A DNA stretch of 64,000 nucleotides, taken from the NCBI GenBank assembly GCA_037379345.1, contig CM074522.1, positions 16,182,001 to 16,246,000 of the forward strand, given 5' to 3'. The position numbers and the translations under genes are program-made. The notes beneath the pieces were generated by a model. That model worked only from the letters and a program-made list of their open reading frames with translations, was not told where the DNA came from and made no database searches. Every line of letters begins with the position of its first letter. Positions within the stretch are counted from its first letter, which is position 1. This DNA comes from Perna viridis (Eukaryota). Below, piece after piece: positions 12,201-27,200 of this stretch.

Positions 12201-15200
12201 TCGCTATTTTAACCTTGCATTGATATTAATTAATGTATGTTATTCAGCTTTTACTCTTTTTTTCTGTCTGTTTTCATTACTGTTATCTCACAGCCACTTG
12301 ATATTTTGACACAAGCTTTATTAAGTTGTGCAATACCATGGGATTTTCAGGATTAAGTGACATCAACTTCTGTTTTGCAACTTGGTTTATATGTCTGATA
12401 TCAAAGTTGGGATACAGAACTATCACTTGAGGGCATTGGCACACAGATATCTTGTTTCATTTGAAATTTTTTTTTCATGACCATTTTAACAGTTTTCATT
12501 TAGAATTCTCCAAAATTAACACTTCTGAACACTTTTGCTAAGTATAAACCAAGATGCACATTACATGTTGATCGTGGCTCATGCTGTATAGTGGGCAATT
12601 ATAGTGGGTGGAAACACATTTCACGATTTGCAATAGGAATAGGGTGTCAAATTTCTGCAGTGTATTTTTCATGTCTTCAGATTTTATGAAAAGGAAGTTA
12701 ATACGTTTAAAGTATCTAGACTTAAATTTGGCTAACTTTTATTTTCTGTGATTTCTTAAACCTTGTGAATATAGCGGAAATAAAAATCTTGCAAAGATAT
12801 TTTTTAGATGTAATGTCATTGCCATGTGAAAAGCGCAATTAATCTGCTGATATTGTTTTTAGCAAGTTCAGAAGACGGAATAAAAAATAAAATATTTTGC
12901 TACAAAAAATTATAATTTCTCTGGTTTATGGAAAATCCAAAATCTAGCAACTGGAATTTAGTAGGCCAGGGTGTAAAGAAAATGTAAGTCACATGTCAAA
13001 GAGTGATATATTTGTAGTACATATAGTACCGGGTATATGCATTTGTTCAGCTTCTTGCTCCATGAAACATCTGGAATTTGAGACCAGACACTGGCAGGCT
13101 AGATATCATAAAAAATACTAAATTTATTTTTATTTAAATTTTGCTACTGATATACTCATTGGTCAAATTTAGAAATGGTTTCATATGATTGGGATTAGAG
13201 GGGGTCATGCATTGTTTATCACTTTCTTGCTGAAAATGTCCCTTTGAAGTTACATATTTTAAGAATGGCTATTCTAATCCCATTCACAAAGTTTTAATTC
13301 CAATCACTAAGATTTTGGCCTGGGTTTCATAGCTACATGAAAATCTCAAATTCCATTTAGGTTTTTCTCTAAATCTTCAATTTCAAGCATTGCGGTTGAA
13401 GGAATTGAGGAAAGTCTTGAAGTTTATGAACATGTATGTTTCATGGAATAGGTTACATAACATTCATTTTTTATAAGTATGTTATGTATAATAAAGGTAA
13501 GTACAACAACAAAATCTACATGAGGCCAAACCTAAATGTATTTGTGTTTCTATTCTTTTACATCATTAAGAGAGTAAGGCAAGTAGACATTACAATTTAT
13601 TATATTAAAATACTCTTTTACGGAAAAGATTAATAAGAAAAAGATAGAAAATTTGGTTTTGAACATTTTATGATATGTTCCGAGATGACAGCCAAAAAAA
13701 AAAAAGGGAGAATCCGGCAACAGTCCAAGAAACACACATAAATTTTTTTGCCCAATATCTGTTATTTGTTTATTTTTCTTTCTTTTTGAAATTTTACAGG
13801 TCGTTGCATTTAATAGAACTGTTTCAAAAGTTGAGGAATTTATGAAAAATGAGGCTAAGGGCACAAAGGTCATTGGTGCTACTTCCCTGGAGAACATGGT
13901 CGCCCAGTTGAAGAAACCAAGGAGAGTGATGTTACTTGTCAAGGCAGGGTCTGCTGTAGATGCATTTATTGAAAAATTGGTAAGCAAGGCCATTCAAAGT
14001 TAATTTCTTGGTTTTCAGGTCACCCTCCCCTTTTATTTGTTTGTGAAAATCAACAAGGTATTGTGTTCTTTTTTATGGATATGAACTTGAGGAATAAAAG
14101 TAATGAACAGCTCCTAGGTCAACATTTTCAGTTAATTCTGAGTTTCTCAGTCGTACTACAAATTTAGTACATTTCAGCCAGTTTCAAAGAACCAATATCC
14201 ATTTATATTTGTACTATTGAACAGCTCCTATGCCAACATTTTCAGATAATTCCAAGTTTCTCATTTTTCCTACAAATTTAGTACATTCCACCCCGTTTCA
14301 AAGAACCAATATCTAAAGCTTCGTTTTAATTTTGACATATTCTGTTTATGAAGTCAATCTCTAAGTTAATTGTTTATGTTTCATATACACAGTAAGCAAA
14401 TGTTTATTTGCATGTATGAAATTATGTTTTTTTTCTGGTATTATACACTGAATAAGTTTTGTATATTTGTAGGTTCCCCTTTTAGAAAAGGGGGATATTA
14501 TAATTGATGGTGGAAATTCTGAATATAGGGACACCAATGTGAGTACATTTCAATGTTAATAAATTATTTCTTAATACAAATGTACTTGTACATTTAAATA
14601 CAGTGAAAACCAAGCTATATTCTTCTTAAATCAAGTTTTAAATACCACTCCATATAAAATTCAGGCACTGCTAATGGTAAAGGGGATTCAAGGTGTAAAA
14701 AATTCCCCTGATCTTTTACATAATTATAGTCCTTTCTGAATTCAGATCTTTATTTTGGGAAAAACCATTCATTCATCTTTTACTTAAATCAACCAAATCA
14801 AGAACAATAATTCTTGCAAAGTGCCACTTTAATTTTATTTATTTCAAAAGTGTAATGACCTTATGTAAAGCTAAGACTGGTAATGTGGTCTGTATTTATT
14901 TTTGAATTAGAAATGAAAGTTTATTTGGTGGATTTTTGATATGCATGACTCACCACCTGTCTGATATGTAAAAAGACTTAAGTAGTACTCCAGATAAGAA
15001 TCATGCAATATGTGATTCAAGGCCTATATATCATTACTTTTGATATGTTGTTTAAAATGTTTAAGTAAACAGGAATTAACGTGTGGGTTCTCATATAACC
15101 CCTGTTCATAGGAGATATAAATTATGGAGAGTGTACTATAGAATTCAAAATTAAGGGAGATAAGTATGTAAATGACACCAAAATACAGCAGAAACTAATG

Positions 15201-18200
15201 GATTTTCATTGTATATTATCTCCTAAGAGCAGACAGCTTGGAATAAATGATTATACATTTCATCATAGACCTATAAAGCAACTTAATAACAAAAATAAAA
15301 ATATGTAGCCTTTTTAGTGTGCATCACATTTTACATAATTTGCTTGAGTTTTAGCTGGAATATTACTTATAAAAAAGTTCAATTTAGATAGATATGTGGT
15401 TTACACAGGTTCAGAGTGTATTTAGACATACAGAGACTTGAGATGTCTGGTTTATACAGGGTTTGGTTAAAACAGGTTTCATCAATTAGAACCATTAAAC
15501 AGTATTACTGGTCTTGTTAACATTACATGAATAGTAGTTTAACCAAAGATACATCATATCAAATTTCATTACAATCTTTAGTTTGAAATGGAAAGCAAAC
15601 ACAAAGTATAGGGATTTGAATGGATAATTCAATTTTATTCCTATTTATAGATTTAAGTGACATGAGATTGTCTTGCTGTACCAACTACACTGAAACCTGT
15701 TTAACCAGGGATTGACACTAACAGTAGTCCAGTAGTCCTGTGCCACCCTAATTTTGGAGAGGAATACCTGAAAATTGTTCATGGTAGTCCTATGGGCTAT
15801 CTAAATTTTGCCTTATTTTTCCCAAGATCTAAGACCAGAACTGTCATTAACTTCTCCGGACTACATGTTTTACCTCTGAAGTAGTCCTGTTGACAAACAA
15901 ATGAAGTTAGTGTTAAATCCTGCAAACCCTAAAATAAACCCCCCCAAAAAAAACTGTCTAAACCAGACACTTTTGGAGGTCCTTCATATATATGGGTATA
16001 TATATAATTTGAACCTGGGTAAACTGAACACCTGTCTAAACAGAACAGAACAGTCAGAAGTTAAGACAGGTTTCACTGTAATTATCATGAAAATTTTCAA
16101 AAAAAACTGTCAGTATTACTGAAAATAATATGTGGTTTACAAAATCAATATGGAATCATTTAAAGAAATAACTTGACAATTGATTTCTTTCTAAAGAAGA
16201 TTATGCAATAAATAACTTAAAGGTTATGTTTAAAAATTATTTTCTCCCTGCATAAAGAATGTACTGTGAAAACTCTTTCAACTGAACCCCTTTCTCAGTG
16301 AGGAGTGAGATCAGCCATAATGTTCAAAATGGAGAGTAATTATAAATTTATTGAGTTTAGATGGTTTTGTTTGAATTGAATTCTGGCTTATTGAGGGTTA
16401 AGTGGAGACAGGATCCACTGTTCACGTAACTAAGAATAAGTTATTTGTAACTAAGTTGTTTTTTTTCCTAATTTTTGAAAGTTTTCATGTGGGTTTAAAA
16501 TTGTTTTTTTTTAATGCTCAGAACCATTTTGATTTCCAAATGACATGTATCAAGATGCATATAGGAAATTACTAATGAATCATTGATCTTGACTAAAAAA
16601 AGTCAAGTGATTTTCTGAGTACAAAGATTCCACCTCCACTACTCTACAGCTTACTAGCCTTGTCACATGGGTCTTTAATTTCACATATTTACAGAAGATT
16701 TTTTGTTCATTTCCTATCAGACTGAAATCAGACTCAGTGATTAAAAGGTCAAAAGTTTAATTCTGAATGATTACCAGTATCCGAATTTTGTCCTCTATAA
16801 CATTTGCAACCTTGAGTTACTAGATACGGCATGGCAGGTTATTTTTGCAGTTGTAAAATTTTCACTAATTTAGGCAAAAAAATACTGTAAATGTATTCAT
16901 ATTTGCGGATTCTGTAAAATGAACATATTTGCAGTTGTTGTTTTTCGGGGCTTTCTGTAACGGCGAAAATAATGAAAATTAGAACACTTAAAAAATAAGT
17001 ACGTTTGCAGTATTTGAAAAAAATTGCAGAGCCTAAGTGATGCACTATGTACTTAAGCTCAGAGCTAATATATCACAAAACTTATATTGGTGTTATTAGA
17101 CAGACAGTTAAAATATGCCAAAATTAGCTCCCTTGAAAAATTACCTTCTATTCAGTATAAGTGAGGCATCAGTGATCTATTGTTGTTTATCTGTATACAT
17201 GTACTGTACATGTATAAATGTTTTGTATTTTAGAGAAGGTGTAAAGAATTGGCAGCTAAAGGTCTCCTGTATGTTGGTAGTGGTGTAAGCGGTGGTGAAG
17301 ATGGCGCTAGATATGGCCCTTCACTCATGCCAGGTGGTGCTCCAGAAGCATGGTTAGTAGTCTCATCTTTCCCTACAATGCAGTATAACGTAAACACAGC
17401 TGTTGTTAATGTTATCTAATGTCCATTTATCTGTTCAAATTTTGTTCAGTAATCTCAGCTCCCAATTAATGAGTTGATGTCAAATTTAGTTTTTTACTTT
17501 AGGAGTGTACATTGTAAGCAATTTTGGTTCCTGTACGATATCAACTTACTGTTTTGTGGGACTTTGCCATTTTTCACTATATAGAATTTTGTCACAAAAA
17601 TCTTGGGTCCCAATGGATGGATTGATCTAAAACTTGGTGTGTGGCCTTATATAGATTGGGCATACATGTATGTTCAGTTGATTTTGAATTCTCTACCATA
17701 TCAACTCCCTGTTTCATGGGACTTAGTCATTTTTCACTTTATGGAATGGTAGAGAAAATTTTCATCTCAAAAATCTCAGCTTCCATTTGATGGATTGATC
17801 TCAAATTTGGTGTATGGCTTTATATGGATGGGGCATACATGTATGTAGTAAGTAATTTTGGATTTTTGTACAATTTCAACTTTCTGTATTAGTTAGGGTA
17901 TCACTTGCATGACAGTCTGTGCAACTTAATGTTAGAATTTTAAAACATATGCAGGCCTTTCATTAAGAAGCGGTACTTTTACCCTGCTAAACTACTGAAA
18001 GGTACCTCCAGAATTTTAACATTTCATGTTTTTTATGAGACACAAAATGATGAAAAGTTCCTCCTACAAAACTAAAGGTACCTACATTGCAAAAATATAA
18101 TGAAACCCCTGCATAAGAAATATTCCATTTAGTCACTGCCTGTAGGATCTAACACCACTCCATTCTATTTTCTCTTCCAATGACTTTATCAAAACGCACA

Positions 18201-21200
18201 GTTTCTTCCCTTAACCTAATGCTATCACAATCATGATAGCGGAAATCTGTTTGATTAATTGATTGATTGGTATGAAAGATCATCAAAAAGAAAGTCAATT
18301 GTAAGTATTTAGCCCTTTTTCATTATATTAAAACCTAATATGATTTTATTTCATTCATATCATTCTGTACTTGAAGGCCACACATTAAAGGCATTTTCCA
18401 GTCCATATCTGCCAAGTCTGGAGATGAACCATGCTGTGATTGGGTAAGGAAAACCTTGAGACAAAAATAGTGTTATTATAAAGATAGCAGTAATTGACCA
18501 AATGTTTACAGTGTATTTTTTTTGCTAATTCACACTGTGTATTAAATTTGGTCATTTCACTCCTGCACTTTCTCCTACCAAAATGTCACACAGGCATATC
18601 AATCCAACATTCACACTATGTAAAAATTTATTTTGAAAATGACAATGAATAATGGAGGAAATATATATTATAAATAGGATAATCAATTTGTTATCATGAA
18701 TAACCAAAATATGATCACTTGTGCCAAGAACTCATAATGATTTAACTTGTGGGCTGAACAAGTTCAGCACACTCTTTAAATCTATTCGTTCCTTGGCTCT
18801 CGTGATCATATTTTGGTTATTCACTCTTTCCAATTCATTATCCTATTATTACCACACTTCACATTTCCTGAATAGTTTGTTTATAGCATCCTCATTTTAA
18901 GTAGGGTCTATTTCCTGCTGAGGTCATTTAAAGAGTTAGATCTAGGGTGAGGGACATAGCTCTTAAAATCAGTGATATGTTTGTATCATATTCAATTTCA
19001 CCAAAACCTTTCAAGCTTTTCTCTGAAACAGAATGAATGAAATCAGTCCAAGTCACTTTGATGCTTACATGAGATTGACGTAAAATTATGAATGCAAACC
19101 TTCCAATGATTTCTATGAGTTGTGTCCCTTTCCTTAGGTCTACCTCCTTAAGACCTTGAAATTGGTACTCACTTTATTTTTTCAACATACCAGTATTAGA
19201 CATAACAGTGATAAATGCAGGGGCTTGAAATCTTAAATTTTTAGTGTTTGGCTATGGATAATATAATTAGAAAAAATGTTAGTACAGAAACAAGTAAATC
19301 ACTAAAATGTAGTGTACAAACTACCCAAACACACTGGTGGATAGTATAATATAGAGGTTAAGGTCATCATAATTAACAGCCATTCAAACTTAAAAGACAG
19401 TACCTAAAAGATCACACAGGTGTTCATTGGAAGTTAAGGTAGGACACATGGTATAATGTAGGGCGGATTTCTACCTAGAGAGCTATTTATAAATTATTCA
19501 ATAACCTACTTAAGATTTGTATTGAAATTAGAACTGGTCTGTTTCAACTAGCTGTAATAGAAATTATTTATGTTGATCAACTTTCATTTGCACTTTTTTT
19601 TTGTCTAATACAGTTTTTTGTGAGAACTACTTAAGGATTTCCAATCAGAAGATTTTTGGGATTAAGACATCTGTGAATCAGTAATCTTTAGTATCTGCCT
19701 GGTTGGCCAGGTTGCACTAGTGCAAATTAGCTTATAGGAGAGCAAATGTCGGTCTGTCGGGAAGGGAAAATATTTTTATAACATTTTTCTCTGTAACTAT
19801 GAACAACCATTAGATAATTGGTTCACAAATTGAGTATGTGTCCGATATTTTTTTTGGATGTGATCTCTGGTCTGTTGCTCTCCCTGTTTACCGACTTGGT
19901 GTATTTTCCAACTTTAAGGCAACCAGGCCATTTCTGTCTTTCACGCTTTCTTTTAATGCAGAGCTGTAATTAAAACAAGTAAATAATTATGTATTTTAGG
20001 TAGGTCCAGAAGGAGCTGGCCATTTTGTAAAGATGGTACACAATGGTATAGAATATGGTGACATGCAACTGATCTGTGAAGCTTACCACCTGATGAAGGA
20101 TTGCCTGGGTATGTCACAGGATGAAATGGCTGAGGTAAGTCTGGATAACTATGGTATTTTTGTGTTTAATACCCCACCACACAAAATGATGAGGTATTAT
20201 TTGACACCTTTGGAATGTGCACAACAGTGTTGGATGATGTGAATTTCATCTCTGTCTTGTACCAGTTGATAGACTTTGCTTCATTCTCATGGGTCAAGTT
20301 TTCATGAAACTTGGTGCACATGTTTATTATGGTCATGTATGATATTAAACTTAGAATCATAGGTGATTCTTTAGGACTTACATGTATGGAATTTCAGTGG
20401 AGCATGCATGGCTGTTGCATCTTCTACTTTATCCCTAATCTTTTGCAATTGAAAGAATGTTTTGAAGGGGCACATTTGAGTCTGCTTTCCCTCTGTTCAC
20501 TACCGGTAATGACTTTCCACTTAAGAAATTGGAATCACCATGTCTGTCCATCCATCCAAATTTTCATCACAATTATCTCAGTTCCCAATGGATGATTTGA
20601 TTTCAAATTTAGCTTGGGATATAGATTGGGAAAATGTTTTAAGCAATTTTGGTAGCTCTCCGATATCAACTTCCTGTAAGAGTGGAGGTATGCATATTAT
20701 GAAAATGCATGTAACTTCGTGTTCAGTTTGCCTTGATAGGACTTGCACAGATGTAGGACACACAGTGATGTTTAGCTCTATAGGTCAAATTCTAATGTTA
20801 AATGGTCAAAAAGAATTCTTGTCAAGTCTAGTATTGTAATCATATAACATGTACTTCATATTGTAGGTGTTTGATGATTGGAACAAAGGAGAATTAGAAT
20901 CATTCCTGATTGAGATTTCCCGAGATATTCTGAAATTTAAAGACACAGATGGGAAATATTTACTGGAAAAGATAAGAGACACTGCTGGTCAGGTAGCTAT
21001 ATATTTATTTTCTTTTTATAATCTTACACTTGATGGTGGAGGGTGAATTAATTGGCTGTTTTAATGAATAGAAGTCAAGCTGTCTTACACTTGATGGTGG
21101 AGGGTGAATTAATTGGCTGTTTCAATGAATAGAAGTCAAGAAGTTTAGCAAAGGCTTGATTTTAAAAATACTCAATTGTAATTTGTAGATACGTGTGTGA

Positions 21201-24200
21201 ATTCTAAATCGGAAAGGTAAATGAAAGAATAAAATCATTTCTATTTTTCCCCTTTTTTTATAACTGTTTGAGTAGACGATTTTATATTTTTTTCTTTTTT
21301 TACCTTATTCAGAAGGGAACAGGAAAGTGGACTGCCATCTCAGCATTAGAATATGGTACACCTGTATCACTGATTGGTTAGTTTTACAGTCACTTACTTT
21401 CCTTCTGTTTGCACAATCCAACTGTTTCTAATTTATTGAAACTAGTGCTGTGTTTAAAACATGAAATACTGCGTCAATCATTACCATACACTCAATCTTT
21501 CTTTTAAAAAAAGTGACATAGCAGTGATTGTAGTTTGTTAATGGTGGAAGGGGAGATAATAAGCTTGTGTAAAAGTAGTAATCTTAATACTGATCTAGAA
21601 AAACTTTAGGCATATTTACTGAAACTGTCCCAGCTTAAAGTTTTTTTTTAAAGGCACTAAGTAAGTTTATGTGGCTATCTTAGAAATTTCTATTCCTGCC
21701 TGCCCATAAATAATGGTAGGCTAGCCTTTTTATAGGTATTTGAAGATTGCAGAGTAAATTCATGTCCTATTTGAACACTGGTTCACAAGTTAGTTTCTAG
21801 GCCTTCAGTATTTTTTTTTTAAATTTGTCTAAAAAAAAAAAACTTGAAGATTTTTTTATTCATGACAAATAACTACATGTACAAGTAACCTTATGTAATT
21901 TTTTTATTTCTAACCCTTAAATAGCTGAAGCTGTATTTGCCAGATGTCTGTCAGCCATGCAAACAGAGAGAATAGATGCTAGTAAACAGCTCAGTGGGCC
22001 ATCAACAACCAAATATACTGGAGACAAGAAAGAATTTATTAAGGATATTAAATATGTAAGAATTAATTCAGTTCGATTTTTTTAATTACTCTTGATTGAT
22101 TAGTTAAAGATTTCTATAGAAAAAAAGAAAGACTTAATGAAATTTGTAATATTGGCAAATTTTAGAAACACCCTCACCATATTAAAGATTTTCTGAAAAT
22201 CAGAATAATTCGGAAAAAACTCTTTAGACCCAGAGATCAAAGAAACCGAATATTGTAAACCATGAAACATTTATGGAAAATATAATTGGAAGGGTATTGC
22301 CTGTATTACGATTCTATGCTTCTCTATACCAACTTATTTTTGAGGATAGTTATTTATAGCCCTGTACCAAAAGAGAGGGTTATACTGTTTTACCCTTGTC
22401 CGTGTGTCCATCCATAATAGTTATTTATAGCCCTGTACCAAAGAAGAGGGTTATACTGTTTTACCCTTGTCCGGTTGTCCATCTGGTATAGTTATTTATA
22501 GCCCTGTACCAAAGGAGAGGGTTATACTGTTTTACCCTTGTGCGTGTGTCCATCCGTTATAGTTATTTATACCCCTGTACCACAGGAAAGGGTTATACTG
22601 TTTTACTCTTGTCTGTGTGTCCATCCGTTATAGTTATTTATACCCCTGTACCACAGGAGAGGGTTATACTGTTTTACCCTTGTCTGTGTGTCCATCCGTT
22701 ATAGTTATTTATACCCCTGTACCACAGGAGAGGGTTATACTGTTTTACCCTTGTCCGTGTGTCCGTTCTTTTTTATTTTTTTCTGTTGCACTTTTCTCAG
22801 CAAGTACTCATCACAGTGGCTTGAAATTTTAAATATTCCTCTAGGTATACCATATAGTATGGTACATTTTTGGATAAATTCGATTACAACTTTCAGAATA
22901 CTGAGAAACAATAAACTGTTTTCTGTTTATTATTTTCCTTATATCATGACTGAAAGTGAGGGTATCGCCAGTGAGCCATTGCTCACAGATTTCTTGTTAT
23001 TTGTGTTTTAGGATATCATTTCAATTTTTTCTTATATTCATTTTCCAGACTGACACTGTCTGTAATATATATTCCACAACAAAGAGACATATTCATGGTA
23101 CTTTATTATTGGGTCTCCTTTTACTAGTGAAATGAGCAAAAAATTTACAAAAAAAATATGGTTTACAGTATTCTTTTATTCAGATTCTTTGAAAACACTT
23201 TGAAAAGTTTTCTCCATGTTCTCATTGATAACTGTAAAAAAATATATTTCACCATGTTCATGGTAAATGAACATATTCACATGTATCAACTCTCAAGTTT
23301 TCATAAACTGATTATGGTTATATTATAATACAAATTAATTTCACTTGTAATTTTCTTCATGCTTTTTTTGTACTGTGAAAATAGCAAAAATTAGTACACC
23401 ATGAAAAAAAATTAGCATCTTTATAGTGTTTTTGATAGAGCTTTGTAATTGTTTTTTTCTTCCAGGCATTGTATGCATCCAAGATAGTATCTTATGCTCA
23501 GGGTTTTATGTTGATGAGGGAGGCAGCTAAAGAACTGAACTGGAAACTTAACATGGGAGGCATTGCTTTGATGTGGAGAGGAGGATGTATTATAAGAAGG
23601 TAAGGTTTACATCTTTAAAAATTAGTTATTTTCACACATCATTTGGCAAAAACATAACCAACAAAATCCTGAAAACCTCTACTTTTTATTTGTTGATCCC
23701 CTTTCTTTTCTAGCAAACTTCTATGTGTGGCAATATTACTGTGTAAAGTGTGATATTTTTAAAAATGGTTGTTGGGTAGTTCTGCCATTAAATGAAGTAT
23801 GACTGACACTTTGCAGCAAGCTGATATTGCTATAAGGTTGTTATCCCTTGCTTCAGAGAATTGATGTATTATGTTACTGGTTTTGCACTGTTCTTACTTC
23901 CTGTTATTTTCTATATCCAACTACTGGTGTGATACTAACAAATATCAGCCATATCCTATAGTACAGTTCCTGTATCACCAAAGTCATTACATTTCATTAT
24001 TACTTAAACAAATTATGATTGGATGTTTTGAGGAGCAGATTCCTTCGCAATATCTTACTCATGCCTGCTAGTAAAATGACCTGTTTTTTTTTTTTCTTCT
24101 TTTTTTTTGCATCAGGGCTAGTATACTGTGACAATTAAGCTTAATTGGTCTGAGTACATCAAAAGAAAATGCTGTAAATTACTGATATAATGCATTGACT

Positions 24201-27200
24201 AAGGTTGCTAAACACATTTTGTTTGTGTAGTAAACATAATTAACTTAAGCAGTAGTTGACACAACCTTAAATTTATTTCAGTGTCTTCTTAGGCAATATA
24301 AAACAAGCTTTTGACAAGAATCCAGATCTGAGTAATCTGTTATTAGATGATTTCTTCAAAGGGGAGATCCAAAAATGTCAGGTATAGTAGTTCATTTTAA
24401 TACAAGTCTTTGTAAGATTCAGGAACAAAAAATAAATCCTGTGATTTGATTTGCCTGTTATATAAGGCAATGTCTTTAGGGGGGTATATTGAAGTTCCAG
24501 GTGTAGCTAAAATGTTATTTTAGTGTCATTGCTTTTCATATGTCTAGGACCACCATTAAAAATACATGAAAAATATGTATATGAAAAAACCCATTAATTA
24601 ATGAAAAACAAGTAAATACAAATCTTATTGCTATTTTAAGTTTTCGATAGAATTTCATACATGAAAAGAGTATGATTTTCTAAAACTTACGATTGCATGT
24701 ATTTTTAAATGCACAAAAACATACATTTACCATACTGGTCCTAGACATATGTTGTACTAACAGGATAATTAATTGGAAGAGTAATCAAAGGAACCAAGGT
24801 TCTAGTGGAAATCAAAAGAAAGTAATCCAGGGAAAAAGACCAAACATGGAAAACAGACATACACAACAAAGAACATTAAGTAACTAAAATAATACATATA
24901 AAGTAACAAAAGCAAATGAGCAACTCGGACTCCACTAAAACTGGGAGCATGGACCAGGTGCACCAGTAGGGTAAGCATCCTCTGCTTTTCTAGAAACACC
25001 CGCCGAGTTACTCATAAAAAGTCAAATCCGGGGTAGTCGAAAGAGGAACTATGACACAATGAACAAATCAGATGGATGCACCGTGGAAATAGTGAATAAC
25101 CAAAATATAATCATGAGTGCCTAAGAACACTTAGATTTGAAGATTGTGCAGAACTTGTTCCGTGCACGAGTTAAATCTTAATGCATTCTTGGCACAAGTG
25201 ATTATATTTTGGTTATTCACGATGACCAATTGATTATCCTATTTATTATAAAGATCATCTCCCTTATTTGTTGTTATTTCAAAATAAAATTAAAATTTTG
25301 TCAATGGTGGATTGATATACATGTTGTGATGTTTTGGTGGGAAAAATTACCGAATTTATTTCACGGTGTGAATTATCGTAAATGTTTACACTGGGAAAAT
25401 TCGATAAAACACTGTTATCTATATAATAAAATATAGTACTTGAGAATATTTGGAAACTCTATTCATTATCCTCTTCAGCTGGTTAAACAAACACACAAAT
25501 GATTTATTCTATTGGTAAAAGTGAATTATAGATTGTTAATGTTCCCTGTGCAATAAAATACATAAATTATATGTGAAATAAATATTGTATTTTATCTGAT
25601 TTTCTACCCGAAAACGTCACAATACTTTTCACCTGTGCCAAGAATGCTTGGAGATTTAACTTGTAGATGGAACAAGTTTCAATCACATATTACATCTTGG
25701 TATTCTTTTGTATTCCTGATCATAAATGTTGTGTATCATTTTTGTTTAGAAATATCTTTCAAAATTGTTTTTAGATATCAAATATCATATGGTAGCACTA
25801 CTTAATATCAACATAAAGGAGTCTTTTGAAAAATGATGACCAAGAAATAATACATTTCTCTAGATTATCGGGCCTATATAAAGACTTTTTTCATTCATCA
25901 AACTAACTGTGAATGATGTGAACATACCGTATAGCGGGTAATTTTGACAGGGTCCTTATTTTGTTGTATTTAGTGGTCTTTCTAAAACAGCCAAATGAAT
26001 TACACCAAATTTTACTCCAAGCTTAATTAAGTAGTAAGTTTATCACATAGCATCTGCCTAAATTTTCCTTATACCTTTTTATCTCAAAATAACATTCACC
26101 AAAATAACCTGCTTTATGGTAGCAGATTCAATACTTTACCTCCATAGACAGTATTTTGGAACGAATACATATATTAATATGGCCACTTTTCAGGCATCAT
26201 GGCGTAAAGTTGTAGCAACAGCTGTTACATTAGGTGTACCTACTCCTGCCTTCAGTACTGCCTTGGCATTCTTTGATGGTTACAGATCTGCCAGACTCCC
26301 TGCCAATCTACTACAGGTAAGAATAAATTACTCTTGCATCAGTTGTTACATTAGGTGTACCTACTCCTGCCTTCAGTACTGCCTTGGCATTCTTTGATGA
26401 TTACAGATCTGCCAGACTTTTTGTTAATTTAGGTCACTCTAGTAACAGCTGTTACATTAGATTTACCCAATGTTGCAGGCAGTTCTTCAGACTAGGTCAT
26501 CCTTAGGCTTTATAATTCTACCATGATCTGAATTTTAAAAACACATCTCATGTCATTATGCCTGACATTTCCAGGTTTTTGTTCAAATCTATCACAACAT
26601 TTCAAGATAGCTCCAAATGGTACATTGTTAAAAAAATTGGAAAATACTTTTTGCATACAATGTTAATTTTTTTAAAAACTTTTACTGAAAAAATGTGTTT
26701 CCATGGCTTACTTCTCATGACAATAAGTCATGTTTACATCTCCCTCTGAAATCTTGGACCTGACCCTAATAGGCATGTTATTAAACTGTTTGATAAATAG
26801 TTCTATCACAGACTTCACATTTACTCTGTCCATGCTAATCATTATTTGAAGAGGTAGATAGGCTTGATCCTTTCAGGATGGACGTGGGGCTGCAGTTCTC
26901 ACTTATCCCTACTAACTACTGAAGCAAGAACTGAATCAAGAATTTTTTTTTCATGCCTGACCATTGCCATTAATTGGGTTAAAAGTCTCTATTAATGTAT
27001 ATTTTACAATCCGTATTGTTTGTTAATGAGGTACATTAAAGATCATCTTTCTATACTACTGCTAAAAATTTACTGTCGTACACATGTAATGGTATGGTGC
27101 TGTGGTTGTCTATGTCATAGTGCTGTTGTCATCCTTAGACACTTGGTTTCGTGCGATAACTTGAATATTAGTTGGTTGACAACAAGATTCAAAGCAACAA

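Noticed and set aside
13550-13993. Longest ORF in the track (147 aa, - strand)
   Set aside because: Antisense shadow of PGD exon 3 (13800-13979) plus intron; no independent protein features.
22617-23011. Duplicate-start ORFs [16 protein letters not shown]...
   Set aside because: Products of the 71-bp intronic minisatellite, with non-ATG starts.
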